Shown here: positions 45,501 to 57,329 of the stretch, one piece after another | How the letters are laid out: the number at the start of each line of letters is the position of its first letter | How positions within the stretch are numbered: the first letter of the stretch is position 1 | Assembly (NCBI GenBank): GCA_024704765.1 | Contig: JAKMXF010000365.1 | Span: 992,001-1,056,000 of the forward strand | DNA length: 64,000 nt | Origin: Oopsacas minuta | Taxonomy: Eukaryota; Animalia; Porifera | Direction: 5' to 3' | The notes under the pieces: model-generated | Databases searched by the model: none | Seen by the model: only the letters and a program-made list of their open reading frames with translations | What the model was told of the DNA's origin: nothing | Program-made: the position numbers and the translations under genes

Positions 45501-46868
45501 ATGGACTCTGTTGTGGAAAATACACCAACAGACTCAATGAACATTTCTGTTTCTGACTTCACACAACACCTGTCATTGATAGAACAGCAATTAGAATTTG
45601 ATCCTGATAACCAAACACTCATTTCTGTTAAGAATGATATTTTAAAGTTTCTGGAACTAGCTAACAGCAATATCACAGGTGCTATAACTGATGTTATGAC
45701 TCCCTCTCAAAGCATAGAACATACTGAGATTGTTGTTGGTGAAAAATATTCTATTCAATACACAAATTATACAGGTGAAATAACAACCAGGAATTGTATT
45801 ATAATGGAGATAGACTCTACTTCTAACTCCGCCGTTGTTCTGTTCACTCATCCGACAGAGCAGTCCATGCTTCCTTGTCAGTACTTCCTTGAAGGGAATT
45901 GTAAGTTTGAAGAAGAGTGTAAACACAGTCACGGATACAAGGTTGATTTATCTCTGATAGATAGTTACGAAGAGATTGATATCTCACAAGCTCAGGAGGA
46001 TGCTGCTTGTCTAGTGTATGATAGTAATGATGGTATCTGGAATAATGGAATTATTATAAAGAAATTCGATACTAAATGTGAAGTGTGGGTAGATAGATTG
46101 AATAGGAAAGAGCAGGTTCCAATAAATGACTTATTTTTGCTAAAGACACGTACAAATGAATTCTTACAATCATCTGGAGAAGATAGTGAATTTGAATGCA
46201 GAACTATTTCAGGATCGTCCAGTCCTCCAGTCATTAAGGAATTTAATGGAGAAGTTTCCTGGGAGAGACATACGAGAGGAATAGGTTCTAAGCTGATGAG
46301 TAGAATGGGATATATTCCAGGTAGTGGACTTGGCGTAGAAGGTAATGGCATTAAAGACCCAGTTGAGATTGTAGTCCTTCCGAAACGGAGAAGTCTTGAT
46401 CAGTGCATGGAATCCAAACTCAAAGGTACAATCAAAAAGGAGAAAATAATTCACAAATATAAGAGGTCTATTACAAAGAAAGAATTTAAGAACAAATCAG
46501 CTGATTCTGTCAATTTGGATGTTTTTGATTTCTTGAATGACTCTATTCATCTTCAGCAGTTAGTTCATAGTGAGAATGAGAGAAAGGAGAATAATCTACA
46601 CAATTATACCAGAAACGATAAGAAAGGATTAGATGTATCACACTCTAGAAGACTGCAATTAGACAGACAGTTGAGAGATGCTAGAACAGAAGTCGAGAAA
46701 CTCAAACTATCTCTCTATAGAAATAGAAAAGATTCTGTAATAGCTAAGCAGATAGAAATTAAGCTTAAGAAAGGAGAGAGAGATTTATCTCTGTTGGAAC
46801 AGGAAGAGAGTAATATTAATTTTAAAATAAGTTCTCAGAAGAAGAGGGCTAATATGGCTGTATTTTGA
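45501..46868 (+). CDS. ZGPAT: Zinc finger CCCH-type with G-patch domain protein
   Basis: CCCH finger PCQYFLEGNCKFEEECKHSHG, Tudor-like DGIW segment, G-patch WERHTRGIGSKLMSRMGYIPGSGLGVEGNGIKDPV and a C-terminal coiled coil. Intronless. Confidence 0.92.
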   Translation: MDSVVENTPTDSMNISVSDFTQHLSLIEQQLEFDPDNQTLISVKNDILKFLELANSNITGAITDVMTPSQSIEHTEIVVGEKYSIQYTNYTGEITTRNCIIMEIDSTSNSAVVLFTHPTEQSMLPCQYFLEGNCKFEEECKHSHGYKVDLSLIDSYEEIDISQAQEDAACLVYDSNDGIWNNGIIIKKFDTKCEVWVDRLNRKEQVPINDLFLLKTRTNEFLQSSGEDSEFECRTISGSSSPPVIKEFNGEVSWERHTRGIGSKLMSRMGYIPGSGLGVEGNGIKDPVEIVVLPKRRSLDQCMESKLKGTIKKEKIIHKYKRSITKKEFKNKSADSVNLDVFDFLNDSIHLQQLVHSENERKENNLHNYTRNDKKGLDVSHSRRLQLDRQLRDARTEVEKLKLSLYRNRKDSVIAKQIEIKLKKGERDLSLLEQEESNINFKISSQKKRANMAVF

Positions 46869-47827
46869 TTCTTATTATTATTATTTACTTAACTAATAGT
46901 TTGTAGTTATAATGGTGGCACATCCATTTCATACAGTACGTGACCATCGTACTATCTATATTTACCAGGTGCTCGGTTAAATCAACCTACCTGTTATTTA
47001 ACCCACTGTTTGACACAAGGATTTGAAATCTTGCTTGGATTCGTGTCCAGTGTGGACTGCCCTCGTTGGCGGACATTTTGGGCATCCTTCTGCTCGCTCC
47101 CTGATAAGAATTAACTTTTATGAAATTACCTGACTACATCCCGAAGAGGTTAACAATTTGGATAATAATCGTTACTATGAGGCTCAAAGCGAGGAGATTA
47201 AGAGGCTATACATGTATACATAATTATCATTTATAATAGCGAAAACAAATACCTTATATCTAGCTCAGCTATACTATAGTACAGTTTTTGCGTATTAACT
47301 TTTCTATCTTCGAGGAAGGTCATTTTTTCAGATTAATGAAAGTCACCTTTTCGAATGAGGGTATGGAGTTTTGATTGGAAAAAACTGTACTATACAATAG
47401 CTCAGCTATATATAAGAATCTCTATAAAAAATGTAAGTGAGCAAGAGCCACAAGGATTCAGAGCGACATCATTTTACGAAAAAACAGTTGACTTTTCCAT
47501 TTCCATCCACTTCAGCTTCTCGCATCATCTCTTCCACCTCCTTGTTAGCTCTTATGCCAGCCTAGTTATAACGTGACGTAATTCACTCGCACAGATCAAA
47601 CCAGTCCCATTTTTGTCAAACAATCTGAATGCTTCTTTCATTTATATCTCGATATCTATCTCTTTCATTTTACGAGCCATCAAGTAGAGGTTGGATTTGC
47701 TCGAGCTCTACACCAGGTTAATGTAACTGATCTCAAAACCATGATTCAAGCATTCAGGAAGGGCGATATTGTCTATACACAATTACACATAGAGTGCCCA
47801 CTAGAGTGTTGAGAAGCCCATTGGAAG

Positions 47828-50308
47828 TAGGGATCGACCGGTTACCCGGCCCCGGCCTAAAGTCCCGAACCTTGCCGGGGACTAGTTAGTTTTAAAAAGA
47901 TATAATTCACCTTACTATACTATCAGTCTATCACTATCAACTACTTATACTAACAAAGATTCTAATGTGTTTGTGAGCTTGCTTCGTCCCCGAAAATTTC
48001 TTCAACTTCTAAGTTGTGGTTCGGAAGAACAACTTGAGGATGTGGCTGCTGTAGCTTGAATGAACCAAAACCAATCGCTCTGAGATTATACTTGAGAAAT
48101 AAGAGCTTCTCTATGTTAGGAGGGAGCAAACGGATCCTATCGCCTTGAGAAATTTTACCGGCCATTTTAAATTCTCGTTCACTTGGAACTGATCCGCAAG
48201 GTGGACTCAATTACTGAAAGGCAAGTATAGACAATATTGGATACAGATTCAAGTTCATACGCCAGTACCGCAATGTATCTAGCTCTCGGTGAATTTTCTT
48301 GTCAGCGAAGTAGTGCAACATTTCATGTTTTACTTCGTTTCTGATCGTATCTTCCTCATCACAAATAGTATTATTATTAACCGAATCGGATTGGCCATCT
48401 GAATCACTTAAAATTGCATCCCAGCAACTTTTTGCAGGGGAATCGGCGTTAATTTGAAAACTGCCTTCTGCCAAAGACCGTTTAAAGATGTTGGAAGCAA
48501 CACTAGTTAATCTACCCTTTGCCTCTTCTGCTTTCGCCTTATCCATAAAGCCACTCGTTTTATATCTAGGATCCAGAAGAGTGGCCAGTGCATGCACTTC
48601 ACTTGTTTCGACATCAACGAAATGCACTCGGGGATCAAGCCCCCTAAAATAACGTTTCAGCTGTACGATCATTTCGTTTTTCATAGTATTGATTCCAAAT
48701 TCATCGATAGCATTCAATTCATAAAATATTTTCTTGATGAATGGAATGGTATCGGAAATGCAAGCATATTCGTGTTCTGCATCCAATGTTGCATCGGCGA
48801 ATGGTTTTAATAAACGAATTACTTTGGGAATAAGCATCCAGTCATTTGGAGTTAGTTGGTATTCTATATTAATATCATCTTCTGCGCAACGAATAGCACG
48901 TTTCTGCTGAATTAACCGGACTAACATAGCATAGTAAGAACTCCAGCGTGTTTTCTCGCCCAAAATCAGAGTGCGTCCAGGAACACCATTGTAATCTGCT
49001 TGACGACCTCTGAGAACTCCCATCGCCTTCAGACTCTTCCGAAAAAGGAAATCAATTTGGTGGCACGGGCCATCATGGATTGGACACCACTTTGTTCAAA
49101 AATAGAATTCATGACCACTAGATGTATAATATGTACAAACAACCTGCATTATCTTGGTTGTTGATAACCATGGCATTCACCATATTGAGGGCATTATCTC
49201 GCAATATCAAGTGGAGCTTTCCCTCTAATTTCCAATAAAAAATGATCATGCGCAACGTCTTGGCAATTGAATCAGCTGTATGTGATGTATCATATGGAAA
49301 ACAACGCAGCACAACTGCTTTTCGCTCTCCTTTCTTGTTGATGAAATGCAGCGTGAAGCTAATAAAAGCGTGTTGACTCTTTGATGTCCAAATATCAGTC
49401 GTTGCACTACAAAAGTCTCCGAGATTATTGTGCAACAGCTCCATGATATTGAATTGTACACGTCTGTATATATCTGGAATAATCCTTTGGCAGAGCACTT
49501 TTTCACTTGGAACATCGAATTTGTGATTCAAATGACTAATAAAAACGTTGAATCTTTCGTTTTCAACTGTAGTGTAAGGGAGAAGTGAATCACATATCCA
49601 TTCAGCTAAAAATAATTCCCCCTGTTTTGATCAGGGTGATCAGGTAGCCATTTTTTTCAATTCGAATGATTCTTCTAGACTCTGTTAGGTTTGTGAACCT
49701 GGGGTAGCCAAAATGTAGATAGATTGTTGCTTCGAATTCTCCTTATCTTTTTTGCATCTTTTTGCTTCATCAGCATTTCCTATTATTATTGCCTCCTTGT
49801 ATTCGACAGGGTGATACGATTCCAAGTGACTCCAAAGCGATTTAGTTGAAAAAGACTTTTTTAAACCTCCATGAGTACCCCTTCGGATCTTCCTCGTTTT
49901 TCCGTGACAGACAGAAATGTTGCATTTGGCAATTGATTCATCTGAACAATCGACATCATAAAATCTCCAGACCTCAGATGCGTACCTTTTGGCCATTGAT
50001 ATGAATAGTAAATTCAAACAATCAATTGTATGTATTATTTATATTATTCAATTATAATTACCTTTTGACACTTTCAAATAACATGTACTATATTGATACT
50101 ATGTATTGAGAACCCAGATATCTGATTACAATTACGACTCTATTCACGTTGACTATATTTTCACGCTGTTGACTTTAAAGGAGCTTTGCGCATAGGTTTA
50201 TAAGGTGAATAATATTACTAATTAGCACAGAAACAACTGTAAACTTGCATTATTTACTATAAACTCTAACCCCGGCCCCGGCAAAATTTTGCCCCCGTTC
50301 GATCCCTA
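47828..50308 (-). mobile_element. hAT transposon relic with intact termini (2481 bp)
   Basis: TIRs TAGGGATCGA(C/A)CGG match at 13/14; 8-bp TSD ATTGGAAG (47820-27) / ATCGGAAG (50309-16). BED finger (50017-49685), TTDIWTS, LRDNA, TRWSS, LLDPRYK and SVPSERE motifs are spread over four ORFs separated by frameshifts or stops. Confidence 0.93.
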
Positions 50309-50493
50309 ATCGGAAGTATCGAAAGCTGAAGAAGGTATGGACCGCCTATTTTAACTGGATGCCCAGTTTACTATTATACACAAGTCTATAGCACTTATCG
50401 GCATGGTGTCTCCTCTCATATATGAATGATTGAACCATGGATAATAAATTTAAAATTTCCCCAAAAAATTATCCTCGAGGCATATAGTGCTAG

Positions 50494-50650
50494 CATAGGC
50501 GTAGCTAGGGGGTTGCTAGGGGTTGCTGACAACCCCAGCGCTACTGTCAGCAACTCCTGGATCACTGGGGATGCACGCAATTTCTGTATTATTGGGGTTG
50601 CTAGCAACCCCAGTGGTAACCCCAAAGAGGAAATGCTAGCTACTCCTCTA
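50494..50650. mobile_element. hAT-type MITE with GGGGTTGCT/AGCAACCCC subterminal repeats
   Basis: CATAGGCGTAGCTAG ... CTAGCTACTCCTCTA ends, with several GGGGTTGCT motifs in both orientations. Confidence 0.55.
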
Positions 50651-51417
50651 AGTACCGAGTATAATACCCGGCGCGTATCAACCCAAACCACAAGAAATAT
50701 AGCTATTTAATACTTAAGCAAACCTGAGGCACTAAGCTGTCGCGCTAGTAGTTACATAATATCTCCTACAATATATTTTCAACTTATTTCCTCTGGTTTT
50801 TACGTATTCCGGAAAAGAAATACCAGATTGAGAACCACTGTCCAAATGGTTGAAATACATCAGAAATAAATTCCTAGGGTGCATAGGCGTTACTATGGCT
50901 TGCTGGCAATCACAGTAGAAACACCATTAGTACATATTGCATCCCATGGAGTAGTACATTTTGGCGGACGCCACAAGTCAGGGGAGTGAACAAGGCAAAT
51001 CCAGTCTTGAACTAACACTGAATACATTTTTTGACTCATGGAGAGCTTATAATCCTGACTTGAAATTTGGAAATACATTATCTCATGAGTATTATGAAAG
51101 TTAGATATTACTAGTATATCAAAATATCCTGTAATATTCATTAATGGCAGCGTCAAGGTAAGTCCGGGACTCCGGGTAAACTCCTGGTCTGGGCTGACGG
51201 AGATTTCCGGGTGCTCAAATGTTTGAATACAATGACGCATCTCGAAAGTAACTCCAAAGAGGAAATGCTTGTTACATCTCTGCAAAAGAGGTTAATATTC
51301 TGTTGCAGTCTCGATATTGCATGTTGATATTAACACTTATAAATTCAGAAATTATTGTGTTTCAGATCATATTCGTCGAATAAATGGAAACGTAAAGTTA
51401 GGAGAGACTGTGAGGGT

Positions 51418-52349
51418 ATATATATACTCTAAGTGGACAAAAGTATTTCAACACACAAATATATTGTCATCAATTGTATACTCTTTCCCGCTCCTATATA
51501 TTGTGTACTCTATATTCGTAGCTGCTATCTAGTAATTTGTATAGAATAACATATGTTTTTCAAGAATTTCAAAAACATATTTTCGATTTACGCTTTTTGA
51601 AGGTGTTAATTATTAATAATTATTAGATAATTATTGATAATCAAATATGTGGTAATTCAAAGCCTATTAAGAATCTATAATGTCTGACTTGATATTTGAA
51701 TTCTACGTAGGTGAGTTACCCCAGATTGAAATTTCCAATCGGATTGAACAAATTTACTAAAGTTATAGAAGAATTTCAATTTGTCCTACTTGTGCCACTT
51801 TTTGAAAAAAGTGGCACAGGTGGCAGGAAAAAGCGCCACTACAAGGAAAGCAACTAGGGCTAGGAGGAATAACTCGAAGTAATATTTTCGAATGATATGA
51901 CTATGCTAACCCTTGAATTCCATAATTACCTCTTGGTAGCGGCCACTTGTGCCACCTTGGGCAAAGGGTGGCACAAATGGCACAAATTGAAATTTATCTA
52001 TATCTCTGGTAAAAATTGTTCAATCCGATTGGAAATTTCAATCTGGGGTAACTCACCTACGTAGAATTCAAATATCAAGTCAGAAATTATAGATTCTTAA
52101 TAGGCTTTGAATTACCACATATTTGATTATCAATAATTATCTAATAATTATTAATAATTAACACCTTCAAAAAGCGTAAATCGAAAATATGTTTTTGAAA
52201 TTCTTGAAAAACATATGTTATTCTATACAAATTACTAGATAGCAGCTACGAATATAGAGTACACAATATATAGGAGCGGGAAAGAGTATACAATTGATGA
52301 CAATATATTTGTGTGTTGAAATACTTTTGTCCACTTAGAGTATATATAT
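51418..52349. mobile_element. Foldback / long-TIR Tc1-like element: ~333-bp near-identical arms in a TA run
   Basis: Arms 51418-51750 and 52017-52349 differ at one site I could find. Termini are (TA)n-CTCTAAGTGGACAAAAGTATT, resembling Tc1-family TIR starts. An imperfect inner extension contains two TGTGCCAC...GTGGCACA hairpins. No transposase. Confidence 0.8.
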
Positions 52350-52863
52350 GTAGGCGACCGTCAAATACCAGGTCCTTGACGCTATCACTACTCTAGAACT
52401 TTTTAATCATATTCTCTAACTCACAAAGTATATTATTGACATTATTTTCATATGTCTACAGTGTAGCCTCGTTAATACGTACACCAACGAGTGATCAAAA
52501 TTATTTGCTTCATCCACAGTTCGTATTAGCCATAATAGCAATCGGATAACCATTATATGTTCGTTTACCCTGGTAAATAGTATTACCCTTGTTTTGTTAA
52601 CGAGGTCCCTCTATTTATGCTTAGAGCACGATGTACGTATAGTATTTCTTTTGTTTTATGTTATTTAGGCCGAGGAGTAGAATGTATAATCCGTCAGCTG
52701 GAGGAATATGATGTGAACCCTTTACCCAAGATGCCTGGATTGGTGCTTTTATGGACAAGGATTCCTCTCAGCCGGCCTTTTCTGAAAGAAACATACTCAT
52801 TAAATACATAAATGAGCTTGCATCTCAAAGTCTGTACTTTGGGTCCTCAATCATTGCAAAATT

Positions 52864-52915
52864 GAAGCAGTTGTTTATCTAAATCCTCTCTGGTATTTAG
52901 ATAAACAACTGCTTC
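52864..52915. repeat. Perfect 21-bp hairpin with 10-nt loop
   Basis: GAAGCAGTTGTTTATCTAAAT cctctctggt ATTTAGATAAACAACTGCTTC. Confidence 0.9.
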
Positions 52916-54632
52916 TACCAACTTGGATTGATTTATGTAATTACTGTTTACAAGTAAGCTATGCTTCCTTGTGCTACGCGGTTGCGGACACTGTCTCCAC
53001 AATAGGCGCCTAGGTTACTCCTAATCAACTGATAATTTGTGTTATGTATTACCAAGTAACCTATGCATATTTTGAAAGTCACTCTCTATTCGAATATTCA
53101 CGATATGCTATTCACAACTTCATATTCGAATTTCGCATTCTTACCTCTGTAGCCGTTAAAAGTATACGAACTTTTTTGAATTTGTTTATTTTTGTACATA
53201 TACAACAACAAAATATTAATCATATTCGGACCCAGCAGACTCGATTACCCCAGTACACGCGTTGAAAGCATGATTCTAAGACCCTTTTGAAATTTGTTTA
53301 CTTTATGTACGTAAACAACAACAAATATTGATCATATGATGCTGAAAATATCATATTCGGACTCAGCATACTCGATTACCCCATTATAGCTTTAGAAGTA
53401 TGATTCTAAGACCCTTTTCAATTCTTGTATTTCCCTTATGTACGTATGTAAATAAAAACAAACAAATATGAATTATGTGAAAATGTGTGATTATTTTCTT
53501 TAGATATTTAAATTGTTTCTAGAAACGTCATTCTCCACCCCTCGTACTAAATTTCAAGTCTGTATCTCTTACCAGTTCCTCAATCAATTCGGACAAATCC
53601 AATCATTGAGTTTAATATATAAGATTTCTGTTATGTATCATTTGTTGATCATAATGTGAACTTAACACCTATGTACTATTATAATGCGGAAAATGTATGA
53701 AATAAGACAAATGTCTGTATGATACGAATATATACCCTATAATACTTTATTATATCGAGTTATGATGATTATAACAAGTAGGTTACATATTCGTTAAATT
53801 TCATTTCTGTTGGTGTCGTGGATCCCTGGTCCAATATCCATAACCAGTTGTGAGGTCTTATGTATAGTAGGCTCTGCTCTGATAAATGTTAAAAGTTCAG
53901 AGATTAAGAAACTCTATAAATTAAGCCATGTAAGTTATTATTTTTGTTTCTCATTCCCGCCTGTCGGAAAGATTTTATTTGTATTATTCCCAATTTATGG
54001 ATAATTCTTTAGTCACAGAGTGTGCAATCCACATTTTACTACTTGTTTAGTTGAAAAATTCAATATTTTAATCCCAGAAAGAATGTGGCGACATAATCGA
54101 AGGGTCAATATATTTCATATATTAACTGGCGTATACAAAATATATTATTTGTTTCTCATCTGAAATGTTTTCGGAGATTAGCACGGCGGGCGGTATTTTA
54201 TTTTTATTTTTTATACGCTAGATATGAAATATTTTGACCCCTCGATTATCTCGTCACATTCTCTTTAATAGTTATGAACTTGGCATTAATAATTTTGAAT
54301 TTCTCAACTATGTAACTAGTAAAACGTGGATTGTCCGAAAGATTTATCCATAAATTTGGAAAATACAAATGTTCTTTCCAGACGAGGGACAATTATTGGA
54401 ATCTCTTCGTAAACCGGCACCGCGGTGCCAGTTTACGAAGAAATTCCGGATGAGAAACAAGTAATTAATTTTACACGGCTTTATGGATATATTTTTGATA
54501 AAACGTTCGTTCTGTCTACAATAATTTATTATCAAATCAGGGAGCTAGAGAGCTGTCACTGCATCTTCAGAAGATTAGTCGACAATCACAAACTCGCCAC
54601 CTACCATCATCGTCATTGAGGAAGTTCTCTTG

Positions 54633-54899
54633 CTAGGTGATGAAGTACTCTAATTCAATGACCTCATTCTCCAGGGGAAATAACTCGTGTTGCAGATCCA
54701 ATTTCACATTCTTGATCTCTCCCCCTATACGGCTGTCCCTATGATATTTCTTCATTTTATTGCTTCTCCTTAGTACTTTTATAGCTGTCCTCTCGTCTTC
54801 AGAATATTTCTCAATTTTCAGTATCTCATTCAAATCCTTAATATCCATTTGAGTGATTTCGTCTTCAGTAAAGTAGTTATGTAGCTTACCATTTTGCTT
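54633..54899 (-). CDS. Divergent small Maf-like bZIP (gene or pseudogene)
   Basis: The frame upstream of the called ATG reads HNYFTEDEITQMDIKDLNEILK, matching the Maf extended homology region (FSDDQLVSMSVRELN). It is followed by IKVLRRSNKMKKYHRDSR and three Leu heptads before TAG. The true start is unresolved. Confidence 0.55.
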   Translation of the reverse strand, partial: KQNGKLHNYFTEDEITQMDIKDLNEILKIEKYSEDERTAIKVLRRSNKMKKYHRDSRIGGEIKNVKLDLQHELFPLENEVIELEYFIT

Positions 54900-56670
54900 T
54901 GCTTTTTTGCTCGATTCTTGTATGAAGATTATAATTGTATTATATTTTCAGTCCAAAAATTACGTAGTTAGGAATGTACGTTGAAACTAGCCACAGGCAA
55001 GCAACAAGATTATTCCAATACATTGTAGTGAAACAATTACTATATCAATTGCATTTCAAGGCCTCTAAATTCAAATCAATTGGAAAAAGGACAATTGAAC
55101 AGATGATCAGCTCGCGAAAGTGCGTTCAATAATTAAATAAATATATTTATTTTTATTTTTGCTTTGTTATTTCTGAAAATATTATTGATTATATTTGAGT
55201 TTATGATTGAGTTAGATTTTTTTCTCAGAAAAAAATACATATTTTATGAAATATTATTCAAATATCCGTATGGATAGTATTGAAATCAAGAATTCTATTC
55301 ACGAAATCACAGGATAGGGGTTTAACACTAACACGGTAAGTTTTCCAATTTCTAAGAGTATTTGAAAATCACAGACCAGAATCAATCACAAAAATTAAAG
55401 ATTACACAGAAATGGCTACTCTTCATTAGTACAAATTAAATAAGAAAAATCTAGAAATTCATAGGCAGTGCCCCCCCGTTTATTCGGCCTCCTAGAGTAC
55501 TTGAATATAACCACAAAATTATTTAATTAATTTTGTAGGCCATTAAATATATCCTAAGTAAATTTACTGGCATAATGTAAAACTCTAGTTTGTTGGGTGG
55601 AATAATCTACCTAATCATTCTATACTATAATTATATTAATAATGGATTAATTATATTTATACTAGGAAAACAGTTAATTAATCAATTCACTTAATTAACA
55701 CATGAATGAGATGGATAATCAATTCCTAAATTGGAACAATCTAAAATTCATTAACATGTCTGCAATCAGCGTACGTAGTCTTAGACAACGTGCTTTGTGT
55801 GCAATCGCCAAAAGGATTATTTGATTTACGGAGAAATAATTATATTTTTCCTGGACTACCATCGTCAAATTCATGGATTTTATGTTCAAAAATCAAAAAC
55901 AATATTTTAAATAATCCATTTATTTCACCGTAAGATGTCCAGAAAAATCGTCATTATTCTGAAAGCAATATAACCTCTGGATATGAAGACTCGTACTTGT
56001 CCGAGCCAGGCCCAAAATACCCCTGTATGCCAAAAATCAGCCGTGGGTCCTCCAGTTTCTTCAATCAACTCTGGACATACATACATAATTATACATAGAT
56101 TAATTGCGTTTTAACTGATTCTTTTTTTACCCTAAAAAAGAACAATCCACAAACTTTGAGGGTTAATTTAACTTTTATGATATTTATACATATCGCCTCT
56201 CTTTTTATTCGTTGCTTGGTTACTTTCCTATCTGTGTTATGTAGTAGTCTATATCCGATCCAGATTTTAATCCCCGATTCCAACCGTACTAGCCAATTCA
56301 ATAACCACAATCAAATAATGAAACAATTTTCTTAGTGACAAGACTTTTACTAATCTATGTCTATTGAGAAACATTAGTAATAATAAAGCATTATACATAG
56401 GATATTAGTATCAGATAATTATTAGTTATAAGCAATATTTCAACCGATCGAATCGAATATCACTATTCATGAATAGCTTCCTAACCAATATTGATACCAC
56501 TACTGACGATATTTGGATTCGATTACTCTAACGGTCTAACCGATTGCATAATATTGTGGATATCGATTATAGGAACACCCGGCACTCTTGGGAGTAGTAA
56601 AATATGTTTTTAAACCGATGTATTCGTATCCCCTGGTTAAATAATACAAGGAGGGAGTATATCAGATTTA

Positions 56671-56910
56671 CATAGCATTTTCATTGAAACCTGCTAAAAT
56701 GCAGCCAGTGTGCACAATTTTAAGTTAATCCAATTTATATGTCGATATTCGTCATCAGCGTAAAGTTTCCGTCGTTGAGGTGATCACTTGATTTGGAGAT
56801 ATTATTTCCCTAGCAACCCAAGAAAGCCTCAGGAATGTGACAACATTACATTCTCAAAATTTAGCAAATATGGCTCCTCGTTCGACGGTACTAGGCAAGC
56901 TGAGTCTAGT
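56671..56910 (+). repeat. Dispersed repeat family C (other copies ~60480-60610 +, 60938-61149 -)
   Basis: Shared blocks CATAGCATTTTCATT, AATCCAATTTATAT, CAGCGTAAAGTTT, CCCTAGCAAC and ATTCTCAAAATTTA. Confidence 0.7.
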
Positions 56911-57329
56911 TATACATATATCAACCCTCTCTATATCGTCATATGACTCGATTGCTGGGATTTTTCTCATATTATTGCTCTCTCTACCTTATAGTCAGAG
57001 CAGTTAACGCTGAAACCCTGACAAGTCCGGTAAAAGCACCAAATTTGGTTTAGATTACACTAGGATGTGCTTGAACTTTTAGAAGGGGAGCCATTCATTG
57101 AAGTTCAGGAGTTTGATGCACACTCGGTTTTATGTGCCACTTTGGACACATTTTGAAAGTGTTTAAATGCATATAACCCATCCAGTTTCAATCGAAATGA
57201 ATTTTGGTCGATATTCATAATAATTTACTACCTACATAATACAGTATCAATTAGCACTGTTATACTATAGCTAGAACCTAGAATACTAAATTGTTAGTTG
57301 TTAGAAGAGCGAGCAGTTTGTAGCAAGGT

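Noticed and set aside
50416-50710. ORFs 50416-50691 and 50426-50710
   Set aside because: They span a GC-rich MITE with GGGGTTGCT repeats, so the open frames are incidental.
52668-52882. Exon-like frame with an in-frame TGA (…GGI*CEPF…) as a selenoprotein
   Set aside because: There is no recognisable selenoprotein family and no SECIS-like AUGA/AA/GA structure; the nearby hairpin is a perfect stem overlapping the stop. More likely decayed coding DNA.
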